A stretch of 64,000 nucleotides of DNA from Catajapyx aquilonaris (Eukaryota): assembly GCA_000934665.2 (NCBI GenBank), contig JYFJ02000418.1, forward strand, positions 1 to 64,000, given 5' to 3'. The position numbers and the translations under genes are program-made. A model generated the notes under the pieces. That model was not told the DNA's origin. It made no database searches and worked only from the letters and a program-made list of their open reading frames with translations. Every line of letters begins with the position of its first letter. The first letter of the stretch is position 1. Positions 42,061 through 53,700 of the stretch are shown here, piece after piece.

Positions 42061-44616
42061 TAGCAAAGCCTATTGTTGTCATGGGTGTCATCAATTGGCC
42101 AACGGCAGATTTCAGCCTCAAATTACTGACACCCAACACTAACTCTTCATTTCTTCGGTGCAATTAGAATAACAAACATTGACAAGAGGAAAGGGGGATT
42201 TTAACAGATAAGTTACTTATGGTAACCTTCAAACTGGTTCCCCATTTCAAAATATATGGGTAAAAAATTTTTTACACGAAACTGCCACTCTTCACGTCAT
42301 ATCACACTGTGGGTGTGCAGCACTCGGCACTCTAATTTACAGTATTTCTTGAGAACCAACTCACTATTGGCCTTCACTGAAATAAGGATATGAAGATATG
42401 AAATGCTGCCAAGTTAGTTAAGTGCATATAATTATGCACTATGCTACGTACATGTTCTGAACTCGTTATTTAAATTCTTCCACACGCCACAGGCCATAGG
42501 CGGTCACAAATTGGGCTAGAAAAATCGGGCGGGGGGGGGGGAGGGGGCACAAATTGGTATGTTTACCGATATTTACCTTAAATTTCAACTTGCCCAACTC
42601 CAGTTTCCATCTGACTCACCCCAATTGCACATTACTCGTCGTGTCCTTCGAAGATCTGCCTCCTCCCTGGATTTGACTAACTGTAAACTAACTTATTGTG
42701 AGCTTCCTCTGCTTCCATGCATCTCTTGCCACCTGCCATCTTAATCAACTTTTTTGGAGAACAGTCAGTTGAGATCAACTTTGGCACACACACAACTCAA
42801 GTGCTCTTTTGCTGCTTGTGGCTTTGACCAAATTCGACTCCATCAAATAAACATTTGACAGAAAATTCACCTTCAGTCAAATGCGCCGTAGACCTACTGA
42901 ACAGGAAGCTCAAAGTTGAACATCTTCACACCTCAAAGGCTCTGGGATGTCTAATAAGAAATCCTGTGCATTGTAAAAAATAGAACGCTGCTAAAAGGGG
43001 TAATGTGGGGCAATGTAATAAGATGTGATATCAGCAGGCTATACATTCATTTATAGCATGGTAACACAATTTGTACAAGAAAGCCTTGTAACGAAAGCAA
43101 GTTTTGCACGGTACCTGAGCTCATCATCTTTTCAGCAAACACTGACATTGGTAAAACAAGTTGACACTGGGGATTAAATCATTAGCCGTTTTTTTTCTCC
43201 ATATATATATATGTGACGCTATGGACCCAGAAACGATGCACTGAAGAATGGTCAACCGTAATATTACAGTACAATGAGGATGATATGAAACTCACAAACA
43301 TAGCATTCAAGAGAAGGAATATTGGTATGGGAGCCTTCCTATTGAAGCCACAAACAAATGTTATGACATTACAGACATAGTAGTAAATACCAAGTAATTA
43401 AATAAAAGAATTGTGCACCAGCATCATGGAAACATAGAGAGCCATGTGTGTTGCTTACAACATGAACATAAGCATACATGTTTAGTTTTGGGGGGTTAGA
43501 AAATTCCTTCCTGCTGACTAAAATGTCCGTTTGAACAATTTGCATTCTTTTTCCGCTACTGTTGCCTTACTAAAACTGACATGTGCAAAGATGTTGGCAG
43601 TCGGATCTTGTGTTACAAACTGCATGTACTTTGGATGGAACTTTATACGCACGTAGATATGTTGTCACATTCTGCCAAATGCTACTACCTCTCTCAAGCA
43701 ATCATATTGCCTCTGCAAACACATTGTTACAACTTACCATAATAGACTGGGAAATAAAACAACAGCGATAGAAACTCTCTCAATTATGCATCTATGACAT
43801 CCTAGAAACAAATTTAGATACTTTTTTTTTACCTCCATGCATAGCAGTTTTTCACATGATGGTTCCTAATTTTGGAATCTAAGACAAATACTCAACTACA
43901 GCACGTATTCTGTCATCACATTTAAGTTAAATTTTGCAGCTAGTGAATGGAGATAAGTTAGTTTGGGGTGGGAGAAAGGGGGGGGGGGTGACCACTGGCA
44001 TCACACACACTGGTTGATGGATATGAGACGGGTGCAATCACACAGCTAACATGCAATGAGGAAAGTGGACTTTATACAATGTGGGTCTCTTTTCTTTGGA
44101 CATTTTGTGATTTTTTTCCCTTCCTCTTTCTCTCTCTATTATTCATGAATAGCTATGCCCTTTTTGATTGTAACATTGAGGCTAGCTCTATTGTGACAGC
44201 AGTGAGATAGAAACTTGTTGCAAAATAACGCGAAAAGTGCCCTCCTCGGCTTTTGTTACAGTATCAAGTTTAGAACAGTTCTGCAATAGAAGAGATAAAA
44301 GTAGAAACTCGAGGAATGTTATAGGAAACCTTTGGTAAAACACTTTTGACTTCACTTTCAATGCTTAATCACTAAAAAGTACACCTTCAGCACTCGGTAC
44401 ATTATACCTAGATAATAGATGGCTCTATTCTTTTTCTTCTATTAATCTGTGTACACACCATCAGTTTAAATATTACTTTTTTTGTCTTCCTGTCCTCCTC
44501 AAGTCCTTAAAGCATAGTTTACTTTGACTCTCCTAACCAGCGAAGGTAGGCGCTATTTACAACACTCCTCTACTTGCACATTGTCCTCGCACAAACTTCT
44601 TTCTGGGAGCACACAA

Positions 44617-44757
44617 CTACACAGCTGAACCTTCGCCTCCTCCCCCACACTCCTTCAGAAGGTTTCGTAAGCGGTGGATCTCTTTCGAAGCTGTGGTGAG
44701 GTCAGCTTGGAGGTGAAGTTCCTTCTCCTTTAGCTTCTTGATATCACGCTGGCATGA
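44617..44757 (-). CDS. RapGAP1: RapGAP1 last coding exon ([20 protein letters not shown]...GEGSAV*), 141 nt
   Basis: Acceptor TCTTTGCAG|TCA; heptad-like coiled coil; TAG at 44619-44617. Confidence 0.9.
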   Translation of the reverse strand, partial: SCQRDIKKLKEKELHLQADLTTASKEIHRLRNLLKECGGGGEGSAV

Positions 44758-47700
44758 CTGCAAAGACAATATTGTGAATTAGAAATCAAGCTAGAAGTAA
44801 TAAACAGGTTGACTGTAGTTTGAGTTTATTGGACTGTGGCCATGACCCTAAATGACCCTGTGGGATGTGATGCGATGACCCAGTGGGGGTCAGCCCTCAC
44901 AATCTAAACAACTCATTAATAAAAGTCGTGAATTATTTACTTGCACCTGCAGTTACATTTACATCCTGATACGTTAGGCAATCCTGAATTTGCAAAAGTA
45001 CAACTGTAGCAGATGCAATTGAATATTTCAACATTGAGGTAATTGACTGCAATGATGATTCACTTTCCATGCATACGTATACAATCACCTTCACCTGCAG
45101 TACGGATTATCTCTTATATTAGAGCACCTAAAAAATGCTTCCTTAATAAAAAATCAAAGCAGACATATCATAGGAGCAGGACTTATTAGTATGTTTACGC
45201 ACCACATTCTGCTTGAGAAGGTCGAGCTTGTCACACTTTAGCTTGTTGACCTCATGGCGTAAGGTGTCCAACTGGTGCATGACAACGTTGGCGTCTATTA
45301 CTCCCCTGTCCCTCATCCCTTCCCTGCTCTCCTGCCCGTCCCTCCCATCACCTCCTCCTCCTGGACCATCTCCATTCTCTCCCTCCGCCTCCTCCATGCA
45401 GAAACTGCACGAGAGAGAGACACGTTTGTGTGGGGTCTCCGCAGATGACATGCTCTCCAGGCCAGTGTCGCTGTCTTCATTCCCTGCATGAGCAGGGTAG
45501 CCCACAGGATCCAGCTCCACACTGTTCAAGGAGGAGTCGTCACTTTCCGACAGAGGTGGCCTGAAATGCAACACAATGAAAGTCAGAATAATGTCCTGAT
45601 ATTTAACCTAACTGTGTCATTCCATCCAATAAACATTTAAATCCATGTTTTACCTAGGCCCTCTGTGAGGTGGTGAGTCTGGACTAGAAACAGGTGAAGA
45701 TGGGTTGCTTCCAGTGCGACCGGACGATGAGGAGTGAGATGTGGCAGAGAGCGACGGATGTCCATTACTAGACTGAATGCTGCTCTTGGGGCGGCCAAGA
45801 CCCGAAAGAGATTTGGTCGTACTTCGTGAACTCTGAAAACAAAACGCATTTTATTGAAACCATGCTTAAGAAATCAACACAGATCAAATAAAATCAAAAT
45901 TTAAAAACTCTCACAGATGGAGTAGAGTCAACTGTTGGTGATCCGTTGGTCATCGCCTTCGTCTTCCCTGGAGCTACAACACTTCCAATGCTCCCATTGT
46001 TGCTTGTTGAGTTGGCATCAACACTCTGGTTGCGTACTTTCGCACTAAGGGCTTTCCGGACGGTGTCGATGAAGCGACTTCCAGGTCCTCCTCCAGACCC
46101 TCCAGCTCCACCACCAGCTCCGTTGTTTCCACCTCCAGCACCTCCGCCACCAGAGTTTCCAGACCCTCCTCCTCCAGCCCCTTCAGCTCTGGAGACTTCT
46201 GGAGGAAATGCAGGGCCCAAAAATTCTTGCGACTTTTGTCTCAGTTCTTCAACCAGGCTTGTTAAAAGCGACGTCCTTGTCCGCAGCTGTTGAAAAATTA
46301 AACCAGTGTTACAACAAGCCATTCCATTCAATCCTCAATAAAATGGGCCATAAGTGATTAGGCAGCAATTGTGCACATCACACTGCAAGGTGAATGACAC
46401 GCCTTTTCAAATATTTATTGCAGCAACAAAGGCAATTTTAAGTGCATGTGGCACAGTTTCAGGTAATGTTATCATACTGTACACTTTCAACAGAGTTGTG
46501 CCATTATGTATTTTATTGTGTTCAACATGTTTGCCTCACCTCCAATTTGGAGAACTTTTCTGCTTTGTATGCAGCATTTTCAGCGTTGACCAGTTTGGTA
46601 AGGAGGAAGTCACGGAACTCTGTCCCCTTCTTGAACACTGCAGGAGTAGGTAGTGTGGGTCCAAAGAAGGGAACATCATCTCGTGCTGTTACGCTCACTT
46701 TGTACCTGAAAATGCCACCAAATTAGTACCTGCTCAATCAAGGCTTCACTCAGCACACTGTACCTTGTGTTTGTACTGTTGGGATCTAGAACCTGCACCA
46801 CAATGAAGGCGTGCAGGAAATGGGACGCAATCATGTCAGGTGCAAAAGGTGTGTTGGACTCCTGGAAGACGATGGCCACGATGTCGTTGCCTGAAAAATA
46901 TATTTAATAATTAGTGTCATATTAACAGTTTTAAAGTCCAATATCTTACCAATATGACGCTTCCTTTGCAACTGTTGAGGGTCACTCTCGGTGAATGGTA
47001 ACATGGTCGAAACGTGAAACATGACTTCCCTATCTTTGTACACTTCATACACAGATTCCTCCCCAGTCTGTCCATACTGGATGTCAAGCCCACCACGATA
47101 TCTGAAACCAACACATCACGATCAAGAACAAAAGAGCATTAACAACAATTTTTTTTTCTGAATAGAAAGCTCCCCCACGAGGTTCCAAACCACAATGCAG
47201 CTTTCTATTCACATTCATGGGAAAAATCTGATCAACCGAGTGCGAAACCATGCCAGATCCAGCCCAATTTATGTGGTTTACTTGCAGAAAAACTCTGGGT
47301 TCTCACCCTTTGTGGTCCTTGAGCTTGATCCGTCGACCCAGAAGTTGGAGGAACTCCTCCATGGCCGGACTGTGGGACACATTGCCAAACAGTTCCTCTT
47401 CGGTGGTCTGACCAAAACGTTGGTATATCACTCCAAACTTGAAGGTGTTGACCAAAACGTGCTCGTCGTAAGCCAATATCAACTCAGAGGACCGAGGACA
47501 AAGTACGGGGAAGAATTTCTCCACAGTCAACTCCTCGTTCAACAACTAGAAAAAAAGCAACAATAAAATTAGCTTCTCAAAAAAAAAATGTTATAAACTG
47601 CTTTTTAGGAATGTTCGTCCTTCCCACGGCAAGCACTGACCCAGTGATAATTTTCTCCGCTGGAAAACCGCCGCGAACAATGGCATTGTCCTCTCAATTC

Positions 47701-50700
47701 AAATTTTTTGAGGATACGCCAAAACAACGACCTCCCTAAGACAAAAAAAGAGGACATAAGACAAGTCCTTGACCTTGCCGCTTATCTCCCAAAACGGATG
47801 ATCCAGGAAAACCCATTATTATAACACAGATTTATGCGGCCATATCGCACAACAGCGGCAAAACCTTACGCGGCATACCGCAAAAGATGACAAAAGACAG
47901 CAACAATTCCTCTCCTTTTTTTATATAACATTCTTCCCCTTCCCGATTATTATTCTCTCACGGCAAATGGTTACGAGCAGACCTCCTAATTGGAGCCCGT
48001 TAGACCCCTCGAAACACAAACGGTGGAAATGAAGCTATCGGAAAGAATGCTTAACGATTCCACTCTCGGCCCCGGGGCCATTGGGGAGTCCCCCGCATGT
48101 TAAATAAACTCCACAAACACTGCCTAGTGAAAGTCAATTACCAGACCTTCTCTTTTTCCTCTCACTGATTACAGTACCGGGGTATGCGGAATCAAGTCGG
48201 AACAAGCCCAAGGAGGTACCTTCCTAAAAATAACACACCCCAAAAAATTCAGGTGGTTCCATTTCCCACAGTTTCTTACGCCTTCCGGGCAAAAAAGATG
48301 AGCCCCAAAAATATTTTAAGTAGTCTGTAATTATAATGGAATGTAGGTGAAATCGGTCAATCTCGCACCCGAAATATGGGTAAAACTATTTTCTAACTGT
48401 GGGAAATCACTTGGGGCGATCCTCTCCATGATGAACTGTGTAATTATTGCTGCTAGTGAGCTATTTGTTATCAATCGGTGCGGAATATTATTTCATGCAT
48501 ATGTGTGCCTGAGTAAGTTTGGACAGTATAATCCGGTGATTTTCTTGAGCTCAAACTTAGAGAGGGCCATTTATTAGCTTCCCACGCTGCTCGATGGCAG
48601 GTGAGATTGCATGTGAAGAGACTTCTTGCTCCAAATGTCCTGGGAATTGCCTGGAGCAACCATAAAGAAAAGACGTAGTAGTAGAGACCCCCCCAGTCCC
48701 CAAAAATTTTCTTTGCAATTAGCTTCTAAAAAATTTTAAGCTACAAGGCCGATCCCATTAGAGGTTAGAAGCAGCACCGTGGAGATTAACGATGGGAAAG
48801 ACTGGCGTTCTATTGTGTTGGTAACCTCTTGACCTCTTATGGTCTTGCGTGGTCAGAGATCCGGGACCCCTAGAACTTCCGGTAGGGCACATTACAAGGA
48901 ACGGGTTGCCAGGTACAGTAATGCGTTCCGCTGCGCTTTGAATTCAAAGTCGGCCTCAAACTACGCCCTTTGATGTGTCCGGACTACTCAACTGTTGAAA
49001 GCATTCCTGCCTGAAATTTTATTAAGCCCATGCCAGACACTTCTGTAGGTCTGTACCGGCCATGGTTGATGGTAGGTGCGATTTGCACACGCACAGTTCT
49101 ATAAAGACCACACGAAAAAAAATGTCGCGTGAGATTAAGAGGAATTCTTTTTGGTCAGGCGAGAATTAGCCTACCCATTTTTATAGGCGGTTTTCGAAAT
49201 AGCCGCGGTCAAACCAAGTACTTGGAATTGTCCATTTTATTGATGGAGGAATAGGAAATTACCTTGGCCATTTTGGCAGGTGATGAGTTGGTGCCGAGAC
49301 ATGTCGCCGGTACCAACTCGTGCGCAGTTCCGGTCCTGAGACGTAAAACCAGTCTGAGATGCTCCTGGGATGCGACGGTCTCGGTTTTGACCGACAGAAG
49401 GACGGGTCCCAGCGAGTCGTCCACTGCCAGGAAATTGTAGTGCTCCTGTAATGATCACAAACAATGAGCAATTTGTGCAATGTAGGGTACTCGTGCAAGA
49501 CCGTTATCATCCTAATGGAAATAGGAGATTGCCTTTTTTTGTCGTTGTTGCGAGTGCAATCACAGAATTGCCCTAAGGACATCACTGCATTGGATCAGTC
49601 ACGCTTCTGTCTCCTGATTCTCGCTAATTATGCACTCAAACCCGCTCTTTATCAACATACCCAAATTCCCATAATGAAAATCTCTCTCCCCCCCCCCCTC
49701 TCCAGTTTAATATTTTACGCATACACAGCCCGAACAAACAGACCTCTCTCTCGCTGTTCATGATACACTATCTTACATGTGATAAGCGATAATTAAATTT
49801 ACACAGCGATGCACTGATGGTTATAAATAAAGTTTACACTCAGCAAACACTTCCTGGGCCAGTCAATTCGACAACCTGGAGGACTCGGGGTCATATTTTC
49901 CCAGAGAAAACCCCGAGGTGGGAATACATTTACGTCCTGAAGGATTAGAACCCCCCAGATAACATCCAGAGTAATGACGACCATTTGTCTGACGTCTTAC
50001 AGAAGTTTCTGTCTAATCTCCTTCCCCAAATTACATTCCGTAAGCATCCAGGAGGTCAATACTACATTAAAAATCCGTCGCATTCTTAAACAATAACATG
50101 GGAGATAAACAAAAAAATGGGCGTTGTAAACAGGATCATCAACCAGGCGTTTAGTATGAGGGGGTATGGCAGTAAAGTTCCGCATCCAGCGTTTTACGGG
50201 CACCAACTCTTCCTGCAGAAATCCAGGAAGCCATGTTTTTGTCCATAGAATCAACCCAGGGATTCGGAAGGCCCGCTAAGGTGTTAATAATGCAGCCGGC
50301 ATGTTCCTCCCTTCCCTCCGGAGCACTAGATCACATTTGGCGTCCCCGGAGCATACACCGGATTTCCAATAGCTTCTTCCTACTGTCTGCTCAAGGCGTC
50401 CTGGCCCCGGATGAACAGAAGGCATCGCTTGCCTTTGGTACACGGAAATGCCATTATTCGTGTCCGACTCGTTAGCTGTCACCTACTTGAACGAACCCAG
50501 GAGGCAACAGAAAAGGGACCCCCCGTTTACATTAGGCAGTTGCTGGGTGTTGTCAGTTTTTCAGAAATTTATTGGAGATTGTGCAACACATGCGGGTTAG
50601 CTGCTGAAAACAATAATTTGCACTCGGGCTCAATTAATAGGCCCGGATTTAGCCCTGCTGCACGGCACCCTGTGAAAAGGCACAGGTCTCAACCCCCTCA

Positions 50701-53700
50701 CAAAAGGCAAGGCTCATTCTTCTCTCGAGATACACCGATACTCCGCCCAACCATCTTTGTCCCCCATAACAATCCATAGGCGGAGTTTGCACGCCAGCTA
50801 TCCCTTCCAAATAACGATATGGCAACAGGGTGAGTCAGAACTGCTCAAAATAACTCAAAAATGTGTGTCTGTGGGGCACACAATATTTTTCTCCCATTGT
50901 TTTTAGCTTGAAATTACATGTGCTACAATCGCTCCATATTTTTAACACCGCATTGTTCCCCATTTACTGATATTTTTTTGAGTCCCATTTAGCTCGGTCG
51001 GACGTCACCCGTGTTATTCACCCATAGCAGTGTACCGGTGCATGAGGAAGCAGCAGCTGCACAGGTGGAGCCGGTACAATGAATTTCCAGAGAGAGAGGA
51101 AGATTTACTGCCGCACTATTACCGATGCGGAGTTGGGGCCAAATGTGATCATGTGGCACTAATGCAGCTCAAGTGCCCGAGCGAATAGCAAATCGTGCAG
51201 ACGGACCCCATCAATGATTCCTTTTTTTGTGTGGTACAAGGCACGTTGTCCTTTTCGCCAGTACCCCTCCCACTCTCCCTAGATTATTATTCCTCTAATC
51301 ATCAGCGTGCAGGTAAGGACGAGAAAACGCCCTTGGTTCGACTCCATTCAGCATTTTCAGCCTCGTGAGTCAACCGTACAATCCGCCCACGTTTTCTTCA
51401 ACTCTTCCGCATGTAAACCACCAAATTTTGTGTAAATCCTGGCTGTTGATTTCGTAAAAAAAAATAAGGTGTGTTCGAGGGCAATAGGTCTTAAGTTCTT
51501 GCAATGGGAACACTTTAAGGAGGCCTCACCCAACAAAGAGAAAGGACCAATCAACTTGGAAATTCTGTCAGCTTCATTTCGGGTTAAACGACTGCTTCGT
51601 GTATTCCTCCACCTCCACCATTGTAGTGTATACTGTCATTGAGCTACTTTTACTCGGCATGAAAGGAGGACTGGACCGATACCAGCCTTGTGAGCATAAA
51701 AACAACTGGAAGGAGATAAGGCAGAAAATAACTGAAAGAAAAGGGGACTGAAATAGCAGCATGTGATGTGCCAATAAACTCGGCGGAATCCCTTATGATG
51801 AGCTTGCTATTCCCAGACATTCCTTCTGTCAACAACTTTTCATTCACCAAGATTGGTAATGAGCGTGTTATTATTCATGAACCGTCCAAAGTCAGAGATA
51901 ATGTTGTGACATGCGCGGTGATTTCACATCTAATTGCTCAATTAGGCAATGTCGGCGCAAATATTCGGAACATTTTTTTCCCCCATGCTAAATTCAAAGA
52001 AGAAAATCCTGCTCCCACTTTGGTATTATCAGGTATGAATTAATGAACATAATTGGCAGTAATACCCCCAGCACGTGCATACTTGAATTATTTTTTTTCA
52101 AATCTAAAGAAATATATCCTGGCTAGTCTCCCCAATATCCCATATGAAAAGCCGGCCTTAGAAGATCATATCGAATGCCAAAATGGAACCCTCTACAGCC
52201 CAAAAAACCTCACAGTCTGTAAAGCCCTCATAGAATCCTGCAGTCCGACACTTCAACACCCTCGCAGATTCCAACCCACCAGTGCAAAAAAATATATTTT
52301 TTTTGCAGCGGTTGCATTGAAGAGCAAATGAGCACCCAGCCTCGAATGGGGAGCTCTTGGAAAAGCAGAGACGGGGGGGCCAGGTCACCCGAATTATGAC
52401 CCCTTGTTGGCCCTATGAAAATCCCCGGCAAGGCACACGGGGCTATTCCCCCCCCNNNNNNNNCCCCCCCCCCCCCTCATCCATCCAACATTTGCATGTG
52501 AAATGGCTGCACGAGTCAGTTTTCACCCCTCAATGCCCCCACAGTGCCTGGGATTTTGGACTATGCTTTACAACACACAAGTAAGGTGAGAAAATGTCAC
52601 TAGGTGCATGTAAAACCGCTTTTTTTTCGGCCCCAAATATTGTTTGCGTCCACTCTTGTAATGCAGGCTTTTGCAACAGAATGGCGGAAAAAAGAGGTAA
52701 TTTCCACTCTCCAGCCAGGGGATAAAACGTGGCAATTGGGATGCATTTACGAGGCAGAAAACACTGGTGTTCGAGATTCGAAAAAGACACGTTGGACTAA
52801 TGAGGGGCGGATCCCCCAGCTAATTCTGCATGCACAGGTTTACTGATTAGGACTGTCCAGAGTCCAAAATGTGTGGCCATGAAGATTCGCATTGTGAGAA
52901 GGAAGCAAAAGTAGGACGAAGGTGTTGGGAGGGGCTGAAATAATACATTACTTGTACAGCACGCGAGATGTTACCTGGAAATATGTGCAACACTATCACG
53001 TGAACAACAGATTCGAACCACGTGAAATTATTTGTCGTGTGCATTATTGAAGATGAATCAGCATCTGCGCAGATATTGAATTATTAATATCAAAGCCAAA
53101 ATAGCAGCTGGTACAGTGTGAGTCACAACAGCTACAGGCTAATTGCACACTTTTTTTAAAAATTAATAATTCCGCAGAGTTGAAACTATTGGGTCCGCCT
53201 TTTGCCTGGAGGCTCTCATAAAAGTTTGAACAAAATTCTTGAGTATGGGCCCGTGCAACGAAGCAGTAAATGTTTGAACCCGAGCGAATTGTGTTCCTCT
53301 GTACAAAGACAGATCTAATGGAGTGCCTATTACATAACCTTCCCTGCGCCGAAGCCCAACTTGCATAGTTTCGATCCGAGGGGTGCAAGCCGAGGCCACA
53401 AAGGAAGGCCGAGCTTTTGCTGGCAAAAGTTCGATTCCGGAGAGGGCAAAGGCTCAAGCACACAAAAGACAAGGAATGTTGGTTAGTCCGGGGGAACACT
53501 CTATACTTTTGAAACAACTCCGGGTATGCTTTTGTATCGCACGTGTATCCTGTACACACTTCCTGGCACCGATGCGTGTGTGTACGGGGGCACAAACGGG
53601 ACGTTGCCGTGACACCCCTAATTAATAAAGGTCCGTTCGTTTGTGAAAATTATTTCCTCAGGAATTTTGGAGGTGCGCTCACGGTTTTTTTTCACGCCTA

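Noticed and set aside
45213..47566. Plus-strand ORFs (45213..45491, 45946..46293, 46354..46726, 47195..47566)
   Set aside because: Antisense shadows of RapGAP1 exons
51334..51345. B-box-like GGTTCGACTCC
   Set aside because: No A box, cloverleaf, tail or TSD around it
51574..51750. Strong minus-strand pyrimidine tract with several AGs (possible cassette exon)
   Set aside because: No good donor downstream and the phase-0 frame reaches a stop; cannot be supported without RNA data
53044..53595. 183-aa minus-strand ORF in the RapGAP1 intron
   Set aside because: No homology I can recognise and no credible acceptor/donor pair; the flanking exons already join into the conserved GK|EH motif
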